Assembly: GCA_950097015.1 (NCBI GenBank)
Contig: CATNEN010000038.1
Coordinates: forward strand, 31,620,001-31,684,000
Length of the DNA stretch: 64,000 nt
From: Macrostomum hystrix
Lineage: Eukaryota > Animalia > Platyhelminthes
Direction of reading: 5' to 3'
Shown here in pieces: positions 38,501 to 49,800 of this stretch. The position numbers and the translations under genes are program-made. Each line of letters starts with the position of its first letter. Position 1 is the stretch's first letter. Under the pieces are notes generated by a model. The model saw nothing but the letters and a program-made list of their open reading frames with translations. It was not told the origin of the DNA and ran no database searches.

Positions 38501-41500
38501 ACGGCTCAGATTGTTGAAAACTGTGCCAGATGCGGCGCTGAAACTAACGGAGTCTAAAACTGCTATAGAGGGTGCTGACGTCTGGCTTGCATGGGATATG
38601 CCTGTGGTAAGGATGTTTAAAAAATGTCAGATTTTATTTTAATTATTTGTAAGGTAAATTTTTTAGGCTTCTGTTTTACGGGAAAAAATACATTAAAAAA
38701 ATAAAATACATTTTTAAAGGAACTGTTGAGATTACTAGTGAGATTGCTACTGTTTTTAGGGTAGAGATTTTTCAGCTACTGTTTTTGAAAGCTTCTGTTT
38801 TTGAGGGGTGAGATTCTGAAGCTTCTGTTTTTGAGGGGTGAGATTCTGAAGCTTCTGTTTTTGAGGAGTGAGATTTTTCAAGCAACATTTTTGTGGGATG
38901 ATAATTTTAAAAGCTTTAGTTTCAGTTTAGGTACGAAAATTTCAAGTTTCTCTAGTCCCATTCTTTTCATCTCTCATAATTTGCAGAATCCCCAAATTGA
39001 CGGCCGCATTAACGGCGCTTTCCGCGGCTACCGAGTCGAATGGTGCCGAGTTGTTCAGGATCGTCTCGATGCCCAGGCAGCCAACAGCTGTCAGATACAA
39101 CAACAGGCTAGTGTATCAACTAGTAGGGGTCAAGCCTTTGATATTCTATCCGGTGATGTGACGGAGCTTCGTGTCGCTGACTTCAGCAGCGGCAGCTACT
39201 GCGGCCGCGTCTCCGGCCTGCCAGGCAACGCTCTGCTGAACATTCGACTGCGCGCATTGAACTCGGCCAATCTGGCTGGCCCGGCTTCGGGTCCCTCGGC
39301 CCTGACCGTGCGCACTGGCATCGCCCGACCAGGACAGGTTGGCGAATTCGCCCTTCTTGGCCCGGCCGGAGCCGACAGACTGGAGCTGGCCTGGACAGCC
39401 CCGACTGGCCTTGCTGGAACACTGACAGGATTTCTACTGGCCTGGAGCGAGGTAAATGTCACGGAAAATTAAATTTTTAATTTGCATAAAACGGCCCTTT
39501 TAAGAACCGTTCTATATTACTATCATTTTTCGTAGTTAAAAAAATGTTCAAAAATTTAATTCATTCTACTTTAGGTAGAGTAGTTTGAACGAGTTAATGT
39601 CACGGATAAGTAAATTTAAACTCAGAATAATACGACCCTTTTAAGGAACCCTCAAGATAACGATTAGTTACATGATCCTTAAAAATATCTTGCTTTTTAC
39701 TTTTAGTAAGGTACTTTAAGCATGTGAAAAATAACGAATGGGTTTATATAGCATTAGTTTCAGAAGCTAAAGTTTGATTGTTTTATTTTTTGGCCTAGAC
39801 TATTTGGCTAGCGTTTTTCAACTAAACATAATCCACACTTATGTAAAGTAGAGTACTTTAATAAACATATTGTACTTTAGCATATTTCAGGGTCTCATTA
39901 ATTGCTGATCTTAACTATTATTTGATTTATCAGTAGTTAATCATTAGTATTTTGTCTGAAATCTATATTCCTACTGTTTTCCGTGGCCCTTAATTGGGCC
40001 GTTTTATCTTTTAGAATTTTCGGATTTTTTCTTTTACACGCTACTTTCAGTAGAATATTTCGAACAAACTTCACCTTATTCCGCAAACAGATTCGCGGCC
40101 TGCGTCTACTGGAGCCGGTCCGGCTGCCGCCGATCTCCGACCCGGCACAGAGTCGAGCTACCCTGGCAGGCCTGCAGCCGGGAGCTGCCTATCGAGTCTA
40201 CCTGGCTGCTTTGAGCCTCGCCGGCGACGGGCCGCCAGCCTGCCTGGACGTGCGCACCGTTGCCGACAATCATTTCTCAGCTTTCTCCGTGTCGACACTG
40301 CCAAACGGTGGTCTGAATGTCACTAGTTTAAAGAGGCCATTTCGCGTGCAGTACCGCGCGATTCTATCGCCAAACCTTTTAAATAAGGGTAGATTTGGCC
40401 AAGGTCAATGGTTCGAAACCAGAAGTGAGGATCGGCTCACCTGGCTAGTGATTGACGGACTCACCGCGGCCGCTTGGTACGAAGTTCGAACCGTTTCACC
40501 TGGTGGCGTCGCATATGGCGATTGGTCCAGGATTCGAACCTCGGACCTTGGCAGAGTTGGTCCGCACGGCGAAGATAGCTCAAATGATCTGCTAGGCGGT
40601 CGAAGCGTTTGGCTGATCAGCTTTGGCCTGCTGTTAGCTGGCAGCGGCGCAAGCGTGGCCTGCCTATGCTGCCTGCAGCGCCGAGGTCGTCGGCGAAGTG
40701 ATCAGATTGCGTCAGGGGTTGGCGAGGGCCAAGGTAAATTGAGTTTTTTTCTATACCTTCTGTTCAATGACCCTCGAACAATGACCCTATGATCCCACTG
40801 ACTCAATGACCCTATGACCCCACTGACTCAATGACCCTATGACCCTACTGACTCAATGACCCTATGACCCCACTGACTCAATGTCCCTATGATCCCCACT
40901 GACTAAATGTCACTATGATCCCTACTGACTAAATGTCACTATGATCCCACTGAATAAATATCCCTATGATCCCACTGACTCAATGACCCTATGACCCCAC
41001 TGACTCAATGTCCCTACGATCCCCACTGACTAAATGTCACTATGATCCCACTGAATAAATGTCCCTATGATCCCACTGACTAAATGACCCTATGACCCCA
41101 CTGACTCAATGACCCTATGACCCCACTGACTCATTGACCCTATGACCCCACTGACTCAATGACCCTATGATCCAAAATTCTATATCGATGACCGTTTGAC
41201 CATTTGCACAAAAATATAGATGCAAGGATGTTATGAGCCCCAGTAAGTATAAACTTTATAGGTTTTAATGCTGCCTTTCTAAATCCACAACGCAGTAAAC
41301 GGCGGAACCAACTTAACATCAGCGCTTGATTCTGGTGTCATTGGCAATAGTTGGCCAAGGCGACAGAGACTTCAGCAACAACAGCAGCAACAGCTCACTA
41401 CAGCCGGTGTGGCTAGAAATGGTGCCCGGTTACTGCCTTACAACAATGGTCAGTGTTGGAAATGTTGCCAAATCTAGTATCTTAGTAATCGATTAGCCTC

Positions 41501-42763
41501 TAAATTATATTTAATCCCTTTTAGTCTTATCCCCATTATCCCTTATCTCCATTATCCCTTATCCCCATTATCCCTTATCCCCATTATCCCTTATCCCCAT
41601 TATCCCTTATCCCCATTATCCCTTATCCCCATTATCCCTTATCCCCATTATCCCTTATCCCCATTATCCCTTATCCCCATTATCCCTTATCCCCATTGTC
41701 CCTTATCCCCATTATCCCTAATCCTCATTATCCCTTATCCCCATTGTCCCTTATCCCCATTATATTTTATCCCCATTATCCCTTATCCCCATTATCCCTT
41801 ATCCCCATTATCTTTTATCCCCATTATCCCTTATCCCATTATCTTTTATCCCCATTATCCCTTATCTCCATTATCCCTTATCCCCATTATCCCTTATCCC
41901 CATTATCCCTTATCCCCATTATCCCTTATCCCCATTGTCCCTTATCCCCATTATCCCTAATCCCCATTATCCCTTATCCCCATTGTCCCTTATCCCCATT
42001 ATATTTTATCCCCATTATCCCTTATCCCCATTATCCCTTATCCCCATTATCCCTTATCCCCATTATCCCTTATCCCCATTATCCCTTATCCCCATTATAT
42101 TTTATCCCCATTATCCCTTATCCCCATTATCCCTTATCCCCATTATCCCTTATCCCCATTATCCCTTATCCCCATTATCTTTTATCCCCATTATCCCTTA
42201 TCCCGTTATCTTTTATCCCCATTATCCCTTATCCCCATTATCCCTTATCTCTATTATCCCTTATCCCGATTGTCCCTTATCCCCATTATCTTTTATCCCT
42301 ATTATCCATTATCCTGATTAACACTAAATATTAATACTACATTATAATATTTTTTAAATCGTCATTATTAATAGAACAATTTTGATATCTTATTTAACAA
42401 TAGCCGTATATTATTTACCCTTTTTGAATTCTATTTAAAATCCTAATTACTATGTTTTTATCAACTTCGCTTAAACTCTTTTAGAATCTCATTTTTTATA
42501 TATTTTAATAATAATCCCCATTTTAAGTTGAATATCAATAATCCATATTTCAGAATTCTCTAATCACTAACCCTTGTTTTATAATCCCATTTAAAATTAA
42601 ATTCTTTTTTTAGAATCCTCACTTTTCACAACCCAGCTTTCAACTAACAATACTTTCAGATCCTCATCTAACTCAACCACTGACTAGTGGGCGCCCAGAA
42701 TTATTGCCGTCAAAATCATCAGGCGGCACTTCGTCAGCCGTTTTGTATCAAACTCGAGTTTGA
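32532..42763 (+). CDS. L1/neuroglian-like cell adhesion molecule (signal peptide, 6 Ig, about 5 FN3, TM, cytoplasmic tail)
   Basis: In-frame exons 32532-32592, 32687-32890, 33506-33811, 34389-34856, 35354-35968, 36452-37190, 37637-38006, 38322-38606, 38987-39451, 40091-40733, 41296-41448, 42660-42763. Six C..W..YxC Ig motifs, FN3 motifs (YRFRVRGVNKAGFGPP, INGPGFAY, YRVYLAA..AGDGPP), hydrophobic TM near 40605-40670. Confidence 0.82.
32970..33325. repeat. 15-bp minisatellite, L1-like intron
   Basis: Unit CTAGCTCCTAATCAC. Confidence 0.95.
34905..35312. repeat. 21-bp minisatellite, L1-like intron
   Basis: Unit GTGTCTGTCTGTCTGTTTCAG. Confidence 0.95.
35990..36451. repeat. Degenerate 21-bp repeat filling an intron up to its acceptor
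   Basis: Unit TTGATCCCATCCCAATCTGCA; final copy reads TTGATCCCATCAG|. Confidence 0.9.
37225..37500 (+). mobile_element. SINE family A, 5'-truncated copy
   Basis: GCGAGGCCAC..GCAGCCGT..GATGAGAAAGTCAGGGC..GTGTGTGCTCAGGAGTCAGCGAAAT matches the other two copies. Confidence 0.82.
38075..38275. repeat. 42-bp (2x21) repeat, L1-like intron
   Basis: CATAACACCCACCCCACTCTGCATAGCAACCACCTCACTCCT, about 4-5 copies. Confidence 0.85.
40765..41175. repeat. About 23-bp minisatellite, L1-like intron
   Basis: Unit CCCCACTGACTCAATGACCCTATGA and variants. Confidence 0.92.
41525..42315. repeat. 16-bp minisatellite, last L1-like intron
   Basis: Unit CCCCATTATCCCTTAT. Confidence 0.96.
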
Positions 42764-43833
42764 CACTAATTAATTATCAAGCTAACTAGCTAAACTAGCA
42801 ATCCATTTTTTATTTGCTGTTTAAAAAATGCGTACTGATTTTAACTGATTAAACTGATTTTATTGAAGCCCTTAATTCATTGTTCCATCCAGACATGTGC
42901 ATAATTAAACGAATTCTACTGTGACTACTGTTGTCTACCAACCAAGTGAAGTAGTGTATAAAGTGTTTTCTACTATAAACTCTAAACTGCGTTTAAAAGC
43001 TGGTATTTTTCATTCTGCTTTTATGCGATTTAACAATCAATTATTCGATTTTTTCATTAACATTTTGTTGGTATTAAATTGTCTTTTATACACACACACA
43101 TTCTTTGTTATGCTTTTAACTGTCTAGTCATTTTTTGCTTGAAATTTTTTAATTAACATAAAAGCTTTTTTCCTTCGTTCAATCTATTAAGAAACGAATT
43201 ATGTTTTAAAAGCCATTATTACGTCTTTTTAGAGAATATACTCATACATTCATACTTTTACAATTGCTTTTGTTAAATCTTTGAGTAAGAAAAATAAAAG
43301 TGATTTTATCTCCGACTTTATTTTATATGATTTTAGTTTTGTGTGATCTATTTTTGTGACCGAAGAAGGACACTTGATTCACAAATGCTTCAGTTCGCTT
43401 TGTGTTAAAAATAGGTAACTCGGCATCAGCTGCGGATGGCGCCTCTCCCGCATGTCCATGGACTGAATAGGTGTACAAAACTTTGGATGCATTGTGCGGC
43501 TGTGCCACTTGCTGTACACATGCCCCAACTGGGTTAGGTATTATTTCAATATATCTATTGGCTATACTAAAATAGACTACCGGATAAGTCGTTCGCCTCG
43601 CAATCGCAAGGTCGCGAGTTCGATTTCCTAAAGAAACAAAAATCTAGTTTTATATTTTCCAATATCATGCATCAAGAAAATTCAAGTCTAATTAGCAAAT
43701 TTCGATTTCTATTTCGTTTTTTTCGAAATCCAAAATTTAAATTTATTTTCAAATTAACCTACTATAAGTAGCAAGCAAAGTTTTCTATAGCAAATCGTTT
43801 TTTTTTAACTAAAATTTCAGAGACCGCCTAGTC

Positions 43834-46800
43834 ATGGCCGGCGCTATTGTCGACTCATTCTACGAGGTGTACAAAACTGCCGCCAATGAGATGGGCCTGC
43901 GCGATCGCAACAGGAAGCAGCAGGCCTTCTTTACTCCGCCCGGAGTTGTTCCAGCGGAAGAACCGACTCAGCCGGGCCAGAGCCAGGGCCACGGACACAG
44001 TCACGGACCGGACGGTGTATGTTCTTCGGCTGTCAAACCGCTGACAGCTAACAATGTTATGCAACCGGCGCCACCAGAGCTGCAAAAGACTGTACAAGAA
44101 GCAGCCAAAGATGGCGATCTAGACTTTCTCAAGTTGGCTACATTCGACCAGCTAGCTAGTCGAGACACGGCTGGTCACACGTTGGCCCACTGGGCCTGCC
44201 TACACGGTCACCTGGGTGTAATAACCTTCCTAGCGGAGGCTAACAATGGCCAATCAATCAATCTCTGCCACAGAGCTAGCAATCACGAGCTAGCTCAGTA
44301 CCCGATTCACTGGGCTTGCGTCAATGGCCATGTCCCTATTGTTGAATTCCTGTTGAATCGCTGCTCCGTAGATGTCGACGTGCGCGACTCTAAAGGCGTC
44401 ACACCGTTGATCATCGCCTGCCAGTACGGACAGACTGTCACGGCTGGCTACCTGTTGAGTCGCGGCGCTGCCAGAGTCAACTCGCACGATAACGAAGGCG
44501 ACACACCGTTACACTGGGCTGCTTTCAAGGCCCAGCCTGATCTGGTCCGTCTGCTGGTCTATGCTGGCTTCAATCCGCATCAGCGAGACGGCTTCGGCCA
44601 GACGCCGCTTCATCAGGCCTGCCTGTCCGGCAACATCAACACCGTCAGGGACCTGTGCCGCGTGGACAAGGTCAGTCATGACCTGCTATCCTGATCCATT
44701 CTGACCCATTCTGATCCATCCTGACCCATCCTAAACCATCCTGACCCACCCTGACCCACCCTGACCCATCCTGACCCACCCTGACTCATCCTGACCCATC
44801 GATCCATCCAGACCCATCTTGATACATCCCGACCCATCCTAACCCATCCTGACCCACCCCACCCTGACCCATCCTGATCCATCCCGACCCATCCTGACCC
44901 ATCCTGACCCATCCTGATCCATCCTGACCCATCCTAACCCATCCTGACCCATTCTGACCCACCCTGACCCATCCTGACCCAACCTGACTCATTCTGACCC
45001 ATCTTGATCCATCCCGACCCATCCTAACCCACCCTGACCCATCCTGACCCATCCTGACCCACATTGACCTATCCTGACCCATCCTGATCCATCCTGACTC
45101 ACTCTGACCCATCCTGGTCCATCCTGACCCACCCTAACCCACTCCGCACACTAGGTTGAGATCAACGTGACGGACAAGAACGGCAAGACGCCGCTAATGC
45201 TGGCAGCAGGCCGTCGCCACGTAGAAGTCGAGCGCTTTCTAAAATCGGAGATTCGAACCCGAGCCTCCATGCTGGGCGCCAGGCTTCGCTGGAGTCACGT
45301 GATCTTCGGCCCGCCCGGTCAAACCAAAGCGCCGATGCTGTTTCTACTGTTCTGCATCATCTGCTGGGGCTATCCGACCTACATTATGAAGGCCTTGCCC
45401 CTAACCTACGACCTGTTTCCCTGGCTGCACTGGCTGTTCATATCACTGAACTGCCTGATGTGGTTCGCATTCTACCACGCCAACACAGCCGACCCCGGCT
45501 TCCTGCCTAGAAATGTGCCAGAATACGATCGAGCAATTCAACTGGCCGGCAGCAACTCGGCAAACATCGGCCTGGACCGGACTGGCAATCCTTTGGAGCG
45601 GCTCTGTCACACCTGCCGCTGCGTGAAACCTGTGCGAGCCAAGCACTGCCGTGTGTGCGATCGATGCGTAATGGAAATGGATCACCACTGTCCTTATATC
45701 TACAACTGCATTGGCCGCAATAACAGGTGTGTGCGCTGGCTCATGTGCTGTTATGTACTGGCTGATGTGCTGTTATGCACTGGCTGATGTGCTGTTATGC
45801 ACTGGGGGATGTGCTGTTATGCACTGGCTGATGTGCTGTTATGCACTGGCTCATGTGCTGTTATGCACTGGCTGATGTGCTGTTATGCACTGGCTGATGT
45901 ACTGTTATGCACTGGCTGATGTACTGTTATGCACTGGCTGATGTACTGTTATGCACTGGCTGATGTACTGTTATGCACTGGCTGATGTACTGTTATGCAC
46001 TGGCTGATGTGCTGTTATGTACTGGCTGATGTGCTGTTATGCACTGGGGAATGTGCTGTTATGCACTGGCTGATGTGCTGTTATGCACTGGCTGATGTGC
46101 TGTTATGCACTGGGTGATGTGCTGTTATGCACTGGCTGATGTGCTGTTATGCACTGGCTGATGTGCTGTTATGCACTGGCTGATGTGCTGTTATGCACTG
46201 GCTGATGTACTGTTATGCACTGGGTAATGTGCTGTTATGCACTGGCTGATGTGCTGTTATGCACTGGCTGATGTGCTGTTATGCACTGGCTGATGTGCTG
46301 TTATGCACTGGCTGATGTGCTGTTATGCACTGGCTGATGTACTGTTATGCACTGGGTAATGTGCTGTTATGCACTGGCTGATGTGCTGTTATGCACTGGC
46401 TGATGTGCTGTTATGCACTGGGTGATGTACTGTTATGCACTGGCTGATGTGCTGTTATGCACTGGGTGATGTGCTGTTATGCACTGGCTGATGTACTGTT
46501 ATGCACTGGGTAATGTGCTGTTATGCACTGGGGGATGTGCTGTTATGCACTGGGGGATGTGCTGTTATGCACTGGGTGATGTGCTGTTACTATCGTCAAC
46601 AACCGTCGCTTTACTATTTAAAGATTTGCCTTCGGCGTATTGACCCTGTCGCTAATGTCACTGGGCGGAATGACGCTGGTTCTAGCCAGTGCCTCTCTGT
46701 GGCAGGGCGGCATGGACTGGCTCATTGCTCTGGGCACTTTGGTGGCAATATTGGGCCTCGTTATCGGCTCGATTGTGTCCTCATGCGTGGTGAGATATAT

Positions 46801-49800
46801 GATTTGGTTCATAGGGATTTTAGAACATAGATTGGATAAGAAGTAGATAATGGGAGGCAGATAGATTGGATAAGAAGTAGATAATGGGAGGCAGATAGAT
46901 TGGATGAGAAGTAGATAATGGGAGGCAGATAGATTGGATAAGAAGTAGATAATGGGAGGCAGATAGATTGGATAAGAAGTAGATAATGGGAGGCAGATAG
47001 ATTGGATAAGAAGTAGATAATGGGAGGCAGATAGATTGGATAAGAAGTAGATAATGGGAGGCAGAAAGATTGGATAAGAAGTAGATAATGGGAGGCAGAT
47101 AGATTGGATGAGAAGTAGATAATGGGAGGCAGATAGATTGGATAAGAAGTAGATAATGGGAGGCGGAGAGATTGGATGAGAAGTAGATAATGGGAGGCAG
47201 ATAGATTGGATGAGAAGTAGATAATGGGAGGCAGATAGATTGGATAAGAAGTAGATAATGGGAGGCAGATAGATTGGATAAGAAGTAGATAATGGGAGGC
47301 AGAAAGATTGGATAAGAAGTAGATAATGGGAGGCAGATAGATTGGATGAGAAGTAGATAATGGGAGGCAGATAGATTGGATAAGAAGTAGATAATGGGAG
47401 GCGGAGAGATTGGATGAGAAGTAGATAATGGGAGGCAGATAGATTGGATGAGAAGTAGATAATGGGAGGCAGATAGATTTGATGAGAAGTAGATAATGGG
47501 AGGCAGATAGATTGGATGAGAAGTAGATAATGGGAGGCAGATAGATTGGATGAGAAGTAGATAATGGGAGGCGGATAGATTGGATGAGAAGTAGATAATG
47601 GGAAGCAGATAGATTGGATGAGAAGTAGATAATGGGAGGCAGATAGATTGGATGAGAAGTAGATAATGGGAGGCAGATAGATTGGATGAGAAGTAGATTA
47701 TGGGAGGCAGATAGATTGGATGAGTAGTAGATAATGGGAGGTAGATAGATTGGATGAGAAGTAGATAATTGGAGGCAGATAGATTGGATGAGAAGTAGAT
47801 AATGGGAGGCAGATAGATTAGTTGAGAAGTAGATAATGGGAGGCGGATAGATTGGATGAGAAGTAGATAATGGGAGGCAGATAGATTGGATGAGAAGTAG
47901 ATAATGGGAGGCAGATAGATTGGATGAGAAGTAGATAATGGGAGGCAGATAGATTGGATGAGAAGTAGATAATGGGAGGCGGATAGATTGGATGAGAAGT
48001 AGATAATGGGAGGCGGATAGATTGGATGAGAAGTAGATAATGGGAGGCGGATAGATTGGATGAGAAGTAGATAATGGGAGGTAGATAGATTGGATGAGAA
48101 GTAGATAATGGGAGGCAGATAGATTGGATGAGAAGTAGATAATGGGAGGCAGATAGATTAGTTGAGAAGTAGAAAATGGGAGGCAGATAGATTGGATGAG
48201 AAGTAGATAATGGGAGGCAGATAGATTAGTTGAGAAGTAGATAATGGGAGGCAGATAGATTGGATGAGAAGTAGATAATGGGAGGCAGATAGATTAGTTG
48301 AGAAGTAGATAATGGGAGGCAGATAGATTGGATGAGAAGTAGATAATGGGAGGCAGATAGATTAGTTGAGAAGTAGATAATGGGAGGCAGATAGATTGGA
48401 TGAGAAGTAGATTATGGCAGGCAGATAGATTGGATGAGTAGTAGATAATGGGAGGTAGATAGATTGGATGAGAAGTAGATAATTGGAGGCAGATAGATTG
48501 GATGAGAAGTAGATAATGGGAGGCAGATAGATTAGTTGAGAAGTAGATAATGGGAGGCGGATAGATTGGATGAGAAGTAGATAATGGGAGGCAGATAGAT
48601 TGGATGAGAAGTAGATAATGGGAGGCAGATAGATTGGATGAGAAGTAGATAATGGGAGGCAGATAGATTGGATGAGAAGTAGATAATGGGAGGCGGATAG
48701 ATTGGATGAGAAGTAGATAATGGGAGGCGGATAGATTGGATGAGAAGTAGATAATGGGAGGCGGATAGATTGGATGAGAAGTAGATAATGGGAGGTAGAT
48801 AGATTGGATGAGAAGTAGATAATGGGAGGCAGATAGATTGGATGAGAAGTAGATAATGGGAGGCAGATAGATTGGATGAGAAGTAGATAATGGGAGGCAG
48901 ATAGATTAGTTGAGAAGTAGATAATGGGAGGCAGATAGATTGGATGAGAAGTAGATAATGGGAGGCAGATAGATTAGTTGAGAAGTAGATAGGACTGTTT
49001 TAGAAGTTTTTTTAATTAGTTAAATTAAAAGTGCGAAAATCCGATATTCACAATAGCATGTAGTCTGAAAATAAATTGAAAGCAAATTAATTAAAAATCT
49101 GACAGCGAGTTTTGTCAGCTCGGCTTGCAGTTTAAGCTTCAGCCAGATTGCTAGTTAAATTGCTGAATGTGGAATCCATAGCAACATTATTTCACTTAAT
49201 TACTCGCGACCTACATAAAAAGTCAAAATACTGGTTCTATTTTTCCACAAGTTCGATCGTATTGTGTCATTCTTTGGAATTCTGTTTTACAGCTTTGTTG
49301 TTTTGCTGTTGCTGTTTTTTAATCCCACCACATGAAACTCCTTTATCTAAAATGTCATGTCTCGTTTTTTTAATGTATAAGTTTACATGTCCTATATATT
49401 TTTCTCTTTGTGTAGACTCTACATTTTTATTATAATTATCCTCTTCTCTCATCACATATCCTCTCATCTCCGATCCTCATATCTCTCATCTCATCTCCTC
49501 TCATGTCATCTCATCTCTTCTCACGTCATCTCATCTCCTTTCATGTCATCTCATATCCTGTCATGTCATCTCATCTCCTTTCATGTCATCTCATCTCATG
49601 TCATCTCATCTCCTTTCATGTCATCTCTTCTCATGTCATCTCATATCCTGTCATGTCATCTCATATCCTGTCATGTCATCTCATCTCCTTTCATGTCATC
49701 TCATCTCCTCTCGTGTCGTCTCATCTCCTCTCGTGTCATCTCATCTCCTCTCATGTCGTCTCATCTCCTCTCATGTCATCTCATCTCCTTTCATGTCATC

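Noticed and set aside
43575-43632. tRNA-like segments (also 30885-30935 and the SINE heads)
   Set aside because: Only B-box/T-arm remnants; no complete cloverleaf. Probably SINE debris.
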